Shown here: positions 52,062-64,000 of the stretch, in pieces | Numbering within the stretch: the stretch's first letter is position 1 | How the letters are laid out: each line of letters starts with the position of its first letter | Assembly (NCBI GenBank): GCA_964016885.1 | Contig: OZ024745.1 | Coordinates: forward strand, 114,390,001 to 114,454,000 | DNA: 64,000 nt | DNA from: Eledone cirrhosa | Taxonomy: Eukaryota | Reading direction: 5' to 3' | Program-made: the position numbers and the translations under genes | Notes under the pieces: model-generated | Told to the model about the DNA's origin: nothing | The model's database searches: none | The model's input: the letters and a program-made list of their open reading frames with translations, nothing else

Positions 52062-52982
52062 TAAAGTATAACGAATGAATAAAAGTGTAGGAAAATGTAA
52101 TTCCGATTTAAGAAAAACTAAAAATCTAGATTTATATTACTTAGACTTAGAAGCTCCCGCGTCTTGAGACAAAGTGCTGCAATGACCACGGTCAGTTGCA
52201 TTTATCAATACATCGTTCCAAATTTTGTTGGCGGATTTCAGGTCTCTAGTGTGATACAAATGAATAAAAGATAAATTTCTCAATGAATATCTAGCAGTTT
52301 ATCGTATGTAACTTTCCTAGATGATATGTTGCATGGTAATGTACAAAGGTAATGTATAACAAAGTGCTTCTCTTTGAAACACACTGAAACACCAACAACG
52401 GATTTTGAATCAGGATATATTATAATAATACCTAATCAAGTCGGCCATCTGACAACATAACCTGAAGCTTTTAACCTATTTTTTTTTAATTTTCATTTTG
52501 TCAAAAGTTCAAATGACTCACTTAACATTTCATTCTCCGAAATCGATTAATTTACCATATATTCGAGTTTTTATTGTTCTTGTTCTTTTTGTTGCTGTTG
52601 TTAAGCCGATGTCAGTCCTGATCGATCAAACCTTTGATTAAAAACGTTCCAGCTGTGACCATAGCATCTTTCGATATATAAAGCGCTAGAGTCCCCAATA
52701 TATTCTTCTTTATTTAAAATAAAAAAAATGATTTTGCTGCCATCTCGAACAGGTATAGTAAACGTAGAGTGGCTCCCTGTTGGCTCGTTATATCAATAGT
52801 TGCATGTCTTGTCAAAACGACTAAAGAATACCTGACAGTTTTAGATTTAAATAATTACTTATAAAACCTGGGAATTTGAAACAATTGATGAGAACTAGCT
52901 TATAGACATGAATCATAACTGAAACTCACACCCACGTTGAACTTGCAAACACTTCAATGTTTGATATCTTTAGCTGTATATA

Positions 52983-53136
52983 CAGTGCCGGATTTAGGAC
53001 AAATGAGACCCTGTGTTAGTTAACTTATGAGGCCCCTTACTTTTGGAAAATTCATCGTAAAAAACTTTTTTGGCAGGAAAATTCCCCCTCCCCCTGGCCA
53101 ACATTGTGCTTAAGCGCAATGGTAAATCTGGCACTG
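52983..53136. mobile_element. hAT-type MITE
   Basis: TIRs CAGTGCCGGATTTA/TAAATCTGGCACTG; 8-bp TSD TGTATATA/TGTATATC. Confidence 0.85.
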
Positions 53137-54035
53137 TGTATATCTGATGTAAGTAGCTAGAAGGCAGAGGGTGCAAAACAGTACAATATCAGATTAAGTT
53201 CCTTATTATACTAAATTATATTTATTTACTATTGATTTGAGTTAAGTTCAAAGTAAGTCGGGTTTACTACTCTATTTAATTTTCTTGTGGGGTCCATATT
53301 GCTTCACTTGTGCAGCTAATGCCCTTTAAAATGTCACAATCGTCAAGTCCTGTTCCTTTAAAATATATTGTATACAGAAACAGTTATCAAATAACGTCTC
53401 GGGAGATACATTACTGTAAACTCAAGCATTCCCGGATATAATTGTTTGTCTTCTTGTGTTTCTGCTATTCAAGTATTTAGAAGACACCCACTAGTAGCCT
53501 GTTAATGTCTTGCGATGTTACATATGGCATAGTCATTCGTTTATTCCTTAAGTGACGAATTGAGTTATTATAAATGACAGCAGAGATAATCCCCACTGGA
53601 TATGAAATCTATATTGATCTCAAATCAGCCTTCTCACAAAAAAAATAACCAATCATTGACAATTCTAAGTTTCAAGAAAAGGGGTCGAATTCATAAACCA
53701 TTTAGAAGAATGATATCTGATATAACATGGGGGGCAAAAGACAACTAAAATGTTGTTTCATAACATGACATATTTTGAAACAGTAAGTTATTTCTTAATA
53801 GGGTCAACTTCGCAGTAAAAGTAAAAAAGAACTTGTGGTGAAGCCTGAAGAAGAACACCTTTTATTGAGATTCTTGTTCCTTAATGGTGCTGAAATGTGT
53901 CAATAAGAGTTAGATTCACAAACATGGCGGAACGCACCAAACGGTACGGAAATCGAACTCACAAGCTCATCATTGCGAATTTAACTCTTGAACCACTAAA
54001 ACAATCAACAAGTATTTATACAGAAAAAAATATTA

Positions 54036-54366
54036 TCTATATACTACTAAAACTCTGTGTGATTGTGTGTGCTTGTTTGTAATTTAATACAGCCAAAACT
54101 GCGCATAATGGGAAAATACTTTGAAAGGAAGTTGCTCCTAAAATGGGAATACAAATGGAATAAAACAAGTTTCGCGTAAATCGGAGCACGGGATCCCGAG
54201 ATACGGTGTTTTTCCAGCTACCTTCATAAACAGAGAGAGAGAAAGATAGAGAGAAAGAGATAGTGGTTGTGAGAGAGTAGATTGAAAGAGAGACATGTTT
54301 GTATATTTTAATCATTTGAAAATTATTTTTAAGTGAACGCGACTCAACGGGTCACGGGTGGTCTAG
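54036..54366 (+). mobile_element. Non-autonomous Helitron
   Basis: A|TCTATATACTACTAAAA start; GC-rich subterminal hairpin and CTAG end. Confidence 0.6.
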
Positions 54367-54384
54367 GTATATATAAGAGTGTTT

Positions 54385-54605
54385 GGCGGAGGATTGGCAG
54401 TATCGGTAAAGTGTCCGATAACATACTTTGCGGCATATTGTTACGGCCTTTTACGTTCTGATTTCAAATCCCACTAGAGGTTATCTTTGCCTTTCATCCT
54501 TACATGGTCTATAAAATAAAGAACCAGTAACGTACTGGGGTCAATTTAATTGACCTTTCTCCTTCCCTTCAAATAACTTGCTTTGTGCCAAATGTAGAAA
54601 CTATT
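54385..54605 (+). mobile_element. Diverged dominant SINE
   Basis: Head and body homology. Confidence 0.7.
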
Positions 54606-54757
54606 ATATATAAGAGTATTGGAAAACATAATAAAAAGCTATAAATGTCAGATGCTCTAAAAACAGGAACATTAAATGATGCTTTTATAAAGAAATCAAT
54701 GAATAAGAAAGAATATGCATCTATATAACTGGAAAACGCAGTGAATGTAGAAGGTTG

Positions 54758-54790
<33 letters not shown>

Positions 54791-54995
54791 TCGGCAAATT
54801 TATTGTTTGTTACACACAAAAACACACACAACTAAGCCTATTACTAATAATGTAGAATTGTGTTTTCTGTAATTCGGTATTTTTTTTAAAATTGATAACA
54901 AGCAGCTCTCGTAAACACCGTGGTTAACAACTACTCCAATCAGCGAACCGGCGGGTAAGAAACACATAAAATAAAGCTTGCGCGCACGCACGCAC

Positions 54996-55077
<82 letters not shown>

Positions 55078-55294
55078 GCGCATAAAAAAGGTAGAAAGAG
55101 CATTAAATATGAGTTATTTCAATATTTCTTATTTTGACTAAAAAATTAGATCAAGACAATAATAAATTTCTTTTACATATAAGGGAGACATAAGAGTGCT
55201 GTATTGATATACGATGTTTCTAGGGCATTTCAAAACCTGGTGGCGCCCATCCCTCTCATACATACATACATACATACATACATACATACATACA

Positions 55295-55342
<48 letters not shown>

Positions 55343-55434
55343 GTGAACAAGGGAGAAAGAAGGGGGAGGGGAATAATATAAGAAGAAAAGGGGGGGGGGG
55401 GGCTCGCACAATTAATTAATTACTCGCCACAACA

Positions 55435-55650
55435 AGGAGCGCTGGAGTTTCTCTGTAATAATTTTTGAAGCAAGCCAGCACAAACCCACCATAGCCACAG
55501 TTAATAGCGATGTTAAGATGCTGGAATAACCAAGCACCCATGCGGGTATCACCTGAAATGTCGTTAAGGTGAGCCGCCAAAAATGACAAGAACTTCGTTG
55601 TCATCGGCCTGGCTCCCCGCCAAGCGTTTAAAACGCAACAAGCTGAAAAA
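55435..55650 (-). pseudogene. CRE-type retrotransposon 3' fragment
   Basis: TTKFLSFLAAHL...GAWLFQHLNIAINCG; relative of 1846-2155. Confidence 0.65.
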
Positions 55651-56564
55651 TACTGTGACTTTTAAGTCTCATACAGGACATCTAATCCAATCCAGGGCAT
55701 TCTCACTCCTCTTGGAGGAATCCCTCCCTAGTTGACTTCCACCGCTTTCTGTTTGGTTTTGGTCATATCAGGGGTGTAGCCATACTCACCACGCTTGGCC
55801 AATTGCAGCTTGGTGAGGCTATTTAACCCATGATTTGGGTGAATGACCGTTGACTCTGAGGATTTCATCCGCCCTATTAACAACTCTTGTTTTTTGTGCT
55901 GCTGAGGTCCCACGTACTCTCCTCGCCAGACCAGGGGAACCAACCACTCAACCATGAAGCATGTTGTACTGGATTACGTTACTCATAGTAGACAGAAGCC
56001 TGACCTGATATCAACCAAGAAGCATGTTGAAAAGGACTACATGGTACTACTAGCAGACAGAAGCCTGACTTGACCATGACATAGGTAAAATAAAATAGGT
56101 ACAATCGGGAATGGAAACCATATGGTGTATTTAAGCAGCCCAGAAATTTCTTTTAATCTGCCGATTATTTATCCTTAATATTAATGAAAGCAATGGTAAT
56201 AAAGCTGATAATGACGATGCCAGTAATCAAATACAACAATGGTTATATCAGCTATGTTTTCTGATATTAGCTGAAATTAAACAAAGTAATTAAGTTAGAA
56301 ACAAATTAACCATTGAAGCTGTTTATATAAATATTTGACTAATTATAAAGAAGGTTTCTCACGTGAGCATTTATTAAGATGAATTCAAATAAAACTGAGC
56401 ATCGTCATATATCCAACAGAAATATATGATCACATTATTGTCAAATTTCGCTTTTGTAAATTGAAACAAATGCATTGAAATAAACAGTTTTATGAGCCAA
56501 GTTGGTCCGTTTAAGACCGAGACGCTGTTAATAGTATGAGAGGAAATGTCATTTGAACAACATG

Positions 56565-56775
56565 ACAGTATAGGTAGAGCGCCGGACAATATGTTTTGCA
56601 GCATTGAGTTATGACCCTTTACGCTCTGAGTTCAAATCCTGCCAAGGTTAGCTTTTGCCTTTCATCCTTACGGGGTCGATAAAATAAAGTACCAGTCATG
56701 CACTGGGGTCGATTTAATCGACTTTTCCCTCTCCCCCAAAAATTGCTGGCCCTGTGCCTAAATTAGAATCCATTA
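56565..56775 (+). mobile_element. Dominant SINE copy
   Basis: Body match. Confidence 0.75.
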
Positions 56776-56955
56776 TTTCAAATGTTCATTCCTTGGGTAG
56801 TAAATAATTGTCATTGTACGGATGAAAAAGTCAATTGACTCTAATGAAGTTTCAACTGTAATTTTGTCAACTGTACACATTCGAGTTCTTGTGTAGTTTC
56901 ACTGAAAGAAAGAAATTCCATAGTATTTTCTTACCCACAAAGGATAAAATATTTT

Positions 56956-57414
56956 AAAGTCTTAAGATATGTTATTACAAGGTCAAAATGTTATAAAGTC
57001 TTAAGATATGTTATTACAAGGTCAAAATGTTATAAAGTCTTAAGATATGTTATTACAAGGTCAAAATGTTAAGTCTTAAGATATGTTATTACAAGGTCAA
57101 AATGTTAAGTCTTAAGATATGTTATTACAAGGTCAAAATGTTATAAAGTCTTAAGATATGTTATTACAAGGTCAAAATGTTATAAAGTCTTAAGATATGT
57201 TATTACAAGGTCAAAATGTTAAGTCTTAAGATATGTTATTACAAGGTCAAAATGTTATAAAGTCTTAATATATGTTATTACAAGGTCAAAATGTTATAAA
57301 GTCTTAAGATATGTTATTACAAGGTCAAAATGTTATAAAGTCTTAAGATATGTTATTACTAAGGTCAAAATGTTATAAAGTCTTAAGATATGTTATTACA
57401 AGATCAAAAATGTT
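56956..57414. repeat. 39-bp (36-bp variant) minisatellite, ~12 copies
   Basis: Unit AAAGTCTTAAGATATGTTATTACAAGGTCAAAATGTTAT; contiguous, no spacers. Confidence 0.95.
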
Positions 57415-57419
57415 GAGGC

Positions 57420-57832
57420 GAAAGAGCAAGTCGATTATACCAGCCAAATACTTTACTGGTACTTTATTTTATTGACTCCGGTCGGACGAATGGTTAAGTT
57501 GACATCGGCTTGATTTGAACTCAGATAGTAAAGAGCTGGGACAAACACTTTTAACTATATGTCCGAAGCTCTAATGTCTCTGTCAACCTACCGCCCTTGT
57601 TATTGCTAATAATTGTTTCTACTTTTCTTTTGGGACAAGGCCAGCAATTTGAAGGGAAGCAGAAAGTCTATTAAATCGACCTCAGTATGTTACTGGTACT
57701 TTATTCTATTGACCCCGTAAGGATGAAAGGTGAAGTTAACCTCGGCAGGATTAGAGTTCAGAACGTAACGGGTCGTAACTCTATGCCGCAAAGCTCGTTG
57801 TCCGACGCTCTACCAATAATGCCAATCCACCG
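57420..57832 (-). mobile_element. Two diverged SINE copies
   Basis: Reverse-complement homology. Confidence 0.7.
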
Positions 57833-58565
57833 TCCTCGTCATTGCTAATAATGAAAGCACTATTAAATTATTATTACAGTTTCGATAAAATTAATTCCTT
57901 TTTACTTAGACTCAAAGTGAATTCATATAAATTGACACCTGTTAATAATCGGTAATCCATTGGCTCGGGACAGATGAGAAATCTAGAATTATTATCGAAA
58001 ATACCTTATCAAAAATAGATGAATATACCGGAAACACATTTCTGGATAAAGTATACCTGAAAAGAAGATGGAGTGGTTACAAATAGAATGGTAAAGATTC
58101 ATCAGAGAAAGCCATTACAACTGAACACCAAGAAACCATATGGTTAAAGATCAAGCGTGAAAACAATCTAAAAATGTCGGCTCTGCATGAAACGACAAAC
58201 AGAATACTTCGAGAGGTAAGAGCACCGCAACAATATATTCAGTCACACCAGCATAGAAACTAGTCTCAACAGACAAACACAAATATGAAACACTCGCATT
58301 AAGAAAACACCAAATTACAACAAAACCTAACAAGAAATTCAGGAAATGCCATCATTATCTCCCTTCATACATTCATAGCGCCGCACTGAATAACAATAAT
58401 ATATCTTTCATATATAAAATACACAAAGCAACTAAAATAATCAATATACATCACGTAAACAAAACACTTATAGATCTAAACTTATTGCAGTACAATAACA
58501 GTCTCAAAACACATTATGGAATTCATTATCACAATATTTACGTCGCTATTATTGAAGAAGCGAAA

Positions 58566-58755
58566 GGCGGTGGATTGGCAGTATCGGTAGAGGGTCGGAC
58601 GCCATGCTTTCCAGCATAGTTACGTCCCTTTACGATCTGAGTTCAAATCCCGCCGAGGTTGACTTTGCCTTTCATCCTTACGGGGTCGATAAAATAAAGT
58701 ACCAGTAATGCACTGGGTAATTGCTGGCCTTGTGCCTAAAGTAGAAACAATTATT
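58566..58755 (+). mobile_element. Full-length dominant SINE
   Basis: GGCGGTGGATTGGCAGTATCGG head to GTAGAAACAATTAT end; ATTATTGAAGAA.CGAAA occurs on both sides. Confidence 0.9.
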
Positions 58756-58891
58756 GAAGAAACGAAACTAAAAACCTAATAAACTACTCCCAAGTCCAGA
58801 ATTATCCCCTCAAAAAAAGGAATACAGACCAATCAGTGGAGGAGTCCTCATAACATATAAAATTATGTTTCCATACATACCACAAACGATC

Positions 58892-59232
58892 ATTATCATC
58901 ATCATCATCATGGTCCCCTAACCGCTTTCGTAGTCGTTGGAACACTGCAGGGCTGAACGTTGTACCAACTGCCTCCATCTCCGGCGGTCGTGGGTCAGTA
59001 CTTGGGTTGTAGCTAAATTCTTCCCCGCCCACTTAACTATGTTGTCAATCTACTGCTTTCTCTGTCTTCCCCGCCTTTTCCCCCTGCACTGTTCTTTGGA
59101 GGATCGTCTTAAAGAGCCTGTTCGAGCTTGTCACATGTCCAAACCATCACAACTTTCTCCCCTTCACTTTGGTCAACAGATCTTCAAAGTGACTAACGTT
59201 CTGGGTGATTCTTTTGCTAACCTCTTCGTTCC
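58892..59232 (-). mobile_element. RTE-clade LINE 3' end
   Basis: NEEV...RKL*WFGHV...KTILQ.TV.GKRRGRQRK..IDNI...DRRRWR with a (TGA)n tail. Confidence 0.8.
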
Positions 59233-60807
59233 ACAAATCATTAATATGTTACACTAGAAATACAAACATTCAAAATAAAGGCGAACAACATGAAACTGAC
59301 CCACAATGCTACTCATTCCAACCTCAATACCTTAAAACTATAATTCGGGTTCACTTCAATGTACACAATATATCTTAGTACATAATCAGTAGAGTTAATA
59401 CAAGGAATGACACAATAACATCGCAACTGGATTCTCTTTGAATCCCGGAACATCTCATCACAAGACACCCAAATATGTCATCAAAATAAGTACAAATATT
59501 TATTCCACATATCTTGCTACTACAACTGTATGGAAAACAATTATCAAATTTTTCTCCGACTGCCTACCGATCATCATCACAACCCACTCACACATCAATA
59601 AACGAAGCAAAAAAACAGGTTTATAAACTTTAAAGTTGCCAAAAATTATGGTTTCATGTAATTGAGCAACATCACAATCATCCACTGGAAGATAGCTCCT
59701 CCGGACTCACGATACAAAGAGACGAGTTGGACGGCGGTATATCACCTTGAAATCAATCAAGATGGACAGAGATCTCACAGAAACGGATCTGCATGATGCA
59801 ATGGTCGACTGAGGACTCTGGAGCTCGAACTTTGTCAACGTCTCACCACCGCCTCAAGGCACCGAAAGACTCAAAGAGTAGAAGAGACAATCACCTACAT
59901 GAGTGGTATTCTAAAGACACAAAAATACAAGCTCTCAATTAAATTACGCAACAGAAATTGCGAACTTGATAAAAATCAGGGACAACTTCAAACAAAATAT
60001 ATCAAAAACACACACTACGTGAGTCAAATGAGGAAACGTCTACGTGGGAAATCTACTTGCTTGAAATAGCAACCAAATCTCCCTCAAACTACTTTCTGTC
60101 ATCTTCATTAAAGAACGGATACGGATAATTTGGTCCTACGTCCTACATAACTAACAAAGCGCGTTTAGTCAAAGCTGGAATGCCGTTGATCAGAGGCTCA
60201 CTCAATCATGGTTGACCTGGGGCTAAACAACAACAACAACGACACACTACAAAAATAAAACTTGAAATAATACGACTAAACAAGGAAATAACAAAGGCAA
60301 TAAATAAACCATGGAAAAACATAAAGATATCAGACATTTGTATCTAACTTAAAGCACAAAATCCCAGCAGTACAACACTATACATAGTAATTAACAATAT
60401 CAACATTTCTAACAATGTCATACCACATCAAACGGTACAATAATAACTACAGATCACATACACATATTCCAACAGCGAGCAAATGTTCTTACCAAACATT
60501 TTCAAAAATAAGTTACCAAAAACCGCAAACAGAATCACAAGATACAAAGCACGTATTTTTCATATAAACCGTGGCATCGTGCATTTCCTTCAAACCAGAT
60601 ATTAGAAAGATAATTGGCAGATCTAAGAATTGACAAAATTTCAAATATGCATCTAAAGGCACCGAGTATTTCGATGAACCTGTGCAGTCACTATTTCCAT
60701 TAAAGTATTAAACTTTAAATACATATGTCGTCACTATCCGGCTAGAATTATCAACCAAACACTCATAAATCACGCTATACCGTAATACATAAAGGAGAAT
60801 ATATTGA

Positions 60808-61023
60808 TTTCTGATTTAGACATAAGGCCAGCAATTTTGGGGGAGGAGAAATTCGACTAAATCGACCCCTCAGTTCATTACTGGTACTTTATTTTATCGA
60901 CCCCGTAAATAGGAAAGGCAATGCTAACCTCGACAGGATTTGAACTGAGATCGTAAAGGTGCGTAACCCTATGCCATAAAGCATGTTGTCCGACACTCTA
61001 CCGATACTGCCAATCCACCGCCC
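60808..61023 (-). mobile_element. Dominant SINE copy
   Basis: Body match; ATAAAGGAGAATATATTGA on both flanks. Confidence 0.8.
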
Positions 61024-61104
61024 TATAAAGGAGAATATATTGAACAATGAAGTTTCTATTATACAAAACGACGAAGTGGTGACTTAATAAACATTCTTAA
61101 TAAC

Positions 61105-61305
61105 CTCCTCAAATACCGGTCGCTCTCCGACAGGTTTGCGGTTGTACCCCTGGCAGTGGTGACTTCTGGTGTCCTCGGCCCTAGGTCTACCTCCCTACTC
61201 CCCACCATAGCCGCTGAGCTGGCCAGGCGCAGTTGGAGTGGCTTTTCCAGCGCGTCTCCCTTGCCATCCTCCGGGGAAACGCCTTCTCCATTCTGTCCGC
61301 CGGGG
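61105..61305 (+). pseudogene. CRE-type retrotransposon 3' fragment
   Basis: Nucleotide homology to 7190-7405. Confidence 0.7.
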
Positions 61306-61583
61306 CTGTGTGTGTGTGTGTGTGTGTGTGTGATGGGGGGAGGGGGCATCGCGTATCATTCCATATTTAAGTATGGTCGACATTTTTCATATAGAAATAT
61401 GTTGTTTTGTTATGCTTACACATACACATGAGCTGCTGGCTAAATAAGTTTTGATAAACATTCTATCTATATACTATTAGAATGACTTGATACGTCCATA
61501 TTGACACGTTTTGGGAAATCCAGTCAGTAATTGTTAAAGCTTTAGGATAGCTGAGCAAGTTTCTAAGGCTTTTACCACCCACC

Positions 61584-61628
<45 letters not shown>

Positions 61629-63081
61629 ATACATGCGTCCAAGATACCTTTCATCTCGCTCGCTATCACAAATGAGTGGGACACATTCAGGAATGGTTCT
61701 AGAAAACTGATGAAGTTTAACAACCCCAGCCAGTCGGGAAATAAATGGCCATCAGTCTGAAGATCATGGATTTCATTCGACGAAAACTCCAGGAATGATT
61801 CGATTATCCCAATATTACCATACAGACTCACAAGCCAATGAGTGAGCTACAATACGGTTATTCAGCAGCTAGAATTAATAGCTAGCACTGCTTTATATCA
61901 CATCCTACTGTCTTAAAATAGGAAGGACGTATCGGAAAGTGTGCTTCCAGATACGCTATGCCTTCACCCTCATCCCATCGAAAGAAATGATGGGATAATG
62001 ACGACAAGATTACCTCTGATCATGGCAAAATCTACTCAATTAGGGAAACCAGGAGACTGTTTACACTCCTCACAAATGTCTGAATTATCACAGAAGTTTA
62101 ACTGATTAAAAAAAACAAAAAGAAATTTCAGAGCCATAAGGGGTCTTGCACCCATAAAGAACTAAAAAAAAATTGGCTGAAAGAGGAAAACTAGGAGTTG
62201 CGAGGATCAGCGAGTGTTCATATCTTGAGACATTCTGAATATAGGGTTGACCATGATACACATTTTCTGGCAGCAGAAAGCAAAACTATATTAGTGATTG
62301 AAACATTATCTTGAAGAGATAAGCTGTATACTTTTAACAGTTGACTGCTGTTATTGAACACCAATACAAGCGGTGCCATTCACAATTTTGCTGACATTCT
62401 CTCAGTCAATAAGATAAATTTCGTTGTAAAGTATGTGTTGAATGACAAGACATCTGTTACAAATACTCAATAGATGGGTATATGTATGGAGGACTTCATT
62501 TAGCTAGATAACTCATGCAGCTATTCTATACAATATACTGATCTGTATCTTTTTTGCAACAATTTAAAAATGTCACAGTGTAACTCTATAGGGACAAGGA
62601 TAAATGTTCAATTTGTAATTTCCATAGTAGATTATCGGCGATATCAATAGGAAAAAATAAGATTATAAATAATACTACTTATTTTTATTAGATGCTGCCT
62701 GAAGACGTCAAAAGATTCCTATTCGAATCCTAGTGAAAGTGGTCCGGAAAAGTTGTCAGAATTCCGAAGTAGATCCCAACCCCGATTCTCATGGCTTGGC
62801 TAACAAATTTCTGCTCCGGTATAAAAACAAGCTAAAGAGGTGTATTATACACCAGGCATCACTGATTGTTACTGTCTAGAACGGAACACACTGGCTGTGT
62901 GGCCGGTATTAAGGTTACGCACCCCCTTTCCTTGCCTCGTACTGGAACTCAAATAAGCCTCAAACACAGTTTTAACGCTTATGTATGTGGGCTGATTAGC
63001 CTCATTTGCATACGGAGTATTAGGCTGGCTTGGCCTAAACAAGAAATAGAATTAGGGTGTTCGCTCCAGCATATGTAAGGT

Positions 63082-63146
63082 TTACTCTTTTACTCTTTTA
63101 CCTGTTTCAGCCATCCGGCTGAGGCCATGCTGGGGCACCGCCCTTG
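63082..63146 (-). mobile_element. CR1 3' UTR-only copy
   Basis: Reverse complement of ~27768-27835. Confidence 0.85.
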
Positions 63147-63235
63147 TATATAAAATTCATAGATAAATACTTTCAAATATTTATTCGTAAACAAATCGTA
63201 TATTATTCGATATACAAACCTTACATACATGGATG

Positions 63236-63284
<49 letters not shown>

Positions 63285-63517
63285 TGTGAGGAGAGAAATA
63301 CACATAGATATGTGTTCGATTATAGGAGATATAAAACCACCAGTTGAACATATTAACCACCAGGTGAACATATTAACTACGGTTGAAACGGTGAATACAA
63401 ATTAATTAAAAGAATAAATCAAAGTGTACAAACCAGTCAAAAAGCTAGGAATTTGTTCCTTGCGCTTATTTGATTGTAGGGCATCACTGAGAGTTTTTAA
63501 CTCGACATTTTTTAATT

Positions 63518-63519
<2 letters not shown>

Positions 63520-63577
<58 letters not shown>

Positions 63578-63606
63578 TTATATATATATATTTATATTTA
63601 TATATA

Positions 63607-63653
<47 letters not shown>

Positions 63654-63658
63654 ATATT

Positions 63659-63691
<33 letters not shown>

Positions 63692-63828
63692 ATTTATATT
63701 TATATATATATTTATATATATATATATATTTATATATATATTTATATATATATTTATATTTATATATATATATTTATATATATATATATATTTATATATA
63801 TATTTATATATATATTTATATATATATT

Positions 63829-63863
<35 letters not shown>

Positions 63864-63866
63864 ATT

Positions 63867-63917
<51 letters not shown>

Positions 63918-63920
63918 ATT

Positions 63921-63953
<33 letters not shown>

Positions 63954-63956
63954 ATT

Positions 63957-63989
<33 letters not shown>

Positions 63990-64000
63990 ATTTATATATA
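63520..64000. repeat. (TA)n/TTTA microsatellite
   Basis: Direct reading. Confidence 0.95.

Noticed and set aside
53919-54000. YY1-like CAAACATGGCGG / ATG first exon
   Set aside because: Adjoins a decayed minus-strand SINE head similar to 50836-50905.
56956-57414. CRISPR-like 36-39-bp periodicity
   Set aside because: Contiguous units with no unique spacers, no cas genes, eukaryotic context.
58000-60780. A-rich strand-biased stretch suggesting an old retroelement ORF
   Set aside because: Too decayed to assign motifs confidently by eye.
61646-61831. Minus-strand ORF as a host exon; also a CTGAAGA...GAAA motif
   Set aside because: No recognisable protein motif, and no stem I for an HHR.
62697-62765. 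CTGAAGA...GAAA...GTC hammerhead candidate
   Set aside because: Stems I and III do not pair convincingly.

Overview
This is eukaryotic, AT-rich, repeat-dominated DNA. It is most likely an octopod cephalopod, inferred from the dominant tRNA-derived SINE and the kb-scale (TA)n tracts. I found no supportable host protein-coding gene; the long 'YIYI' ORFs are microsatellite artefacts. Transposon content: (i) a 5'-truncated CR1-clade LINE plus 3' copies, an R4/Dong RT fragment, four CRE-type endonuclease 3' fragments and RTE 3' ends; (ii) a decayed hAT (hATm-like) transposon, MITEs and non-autonomous Helitrons, one carrying 23-aa STPR-like repeats; (iii) many SINEs. A 200-N gap is flanked by a probable false duplication. 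The standout signal is about 11 different sequence families of type I hammerhead ribozyme (HHR) motifs. They sit in Penelope-like-element (PLE) termini, two of which are physically linked to GIY-YIG remnants, and are inserted into (TA)n tracts as inverted pairs with both 3' ends facing outward. In family after family one arm carries a 40-160 nt terminal tail and the other stops at a fixed position before that tail. Several HHRs have non-canonical cores or a greatly enlarged stem II, and one occurs in a ~525-bp non-coding tandem, retrozyme-like unit. All RNA structures were read by eye and not folded computationally, and coordinates may be off by a few nt.
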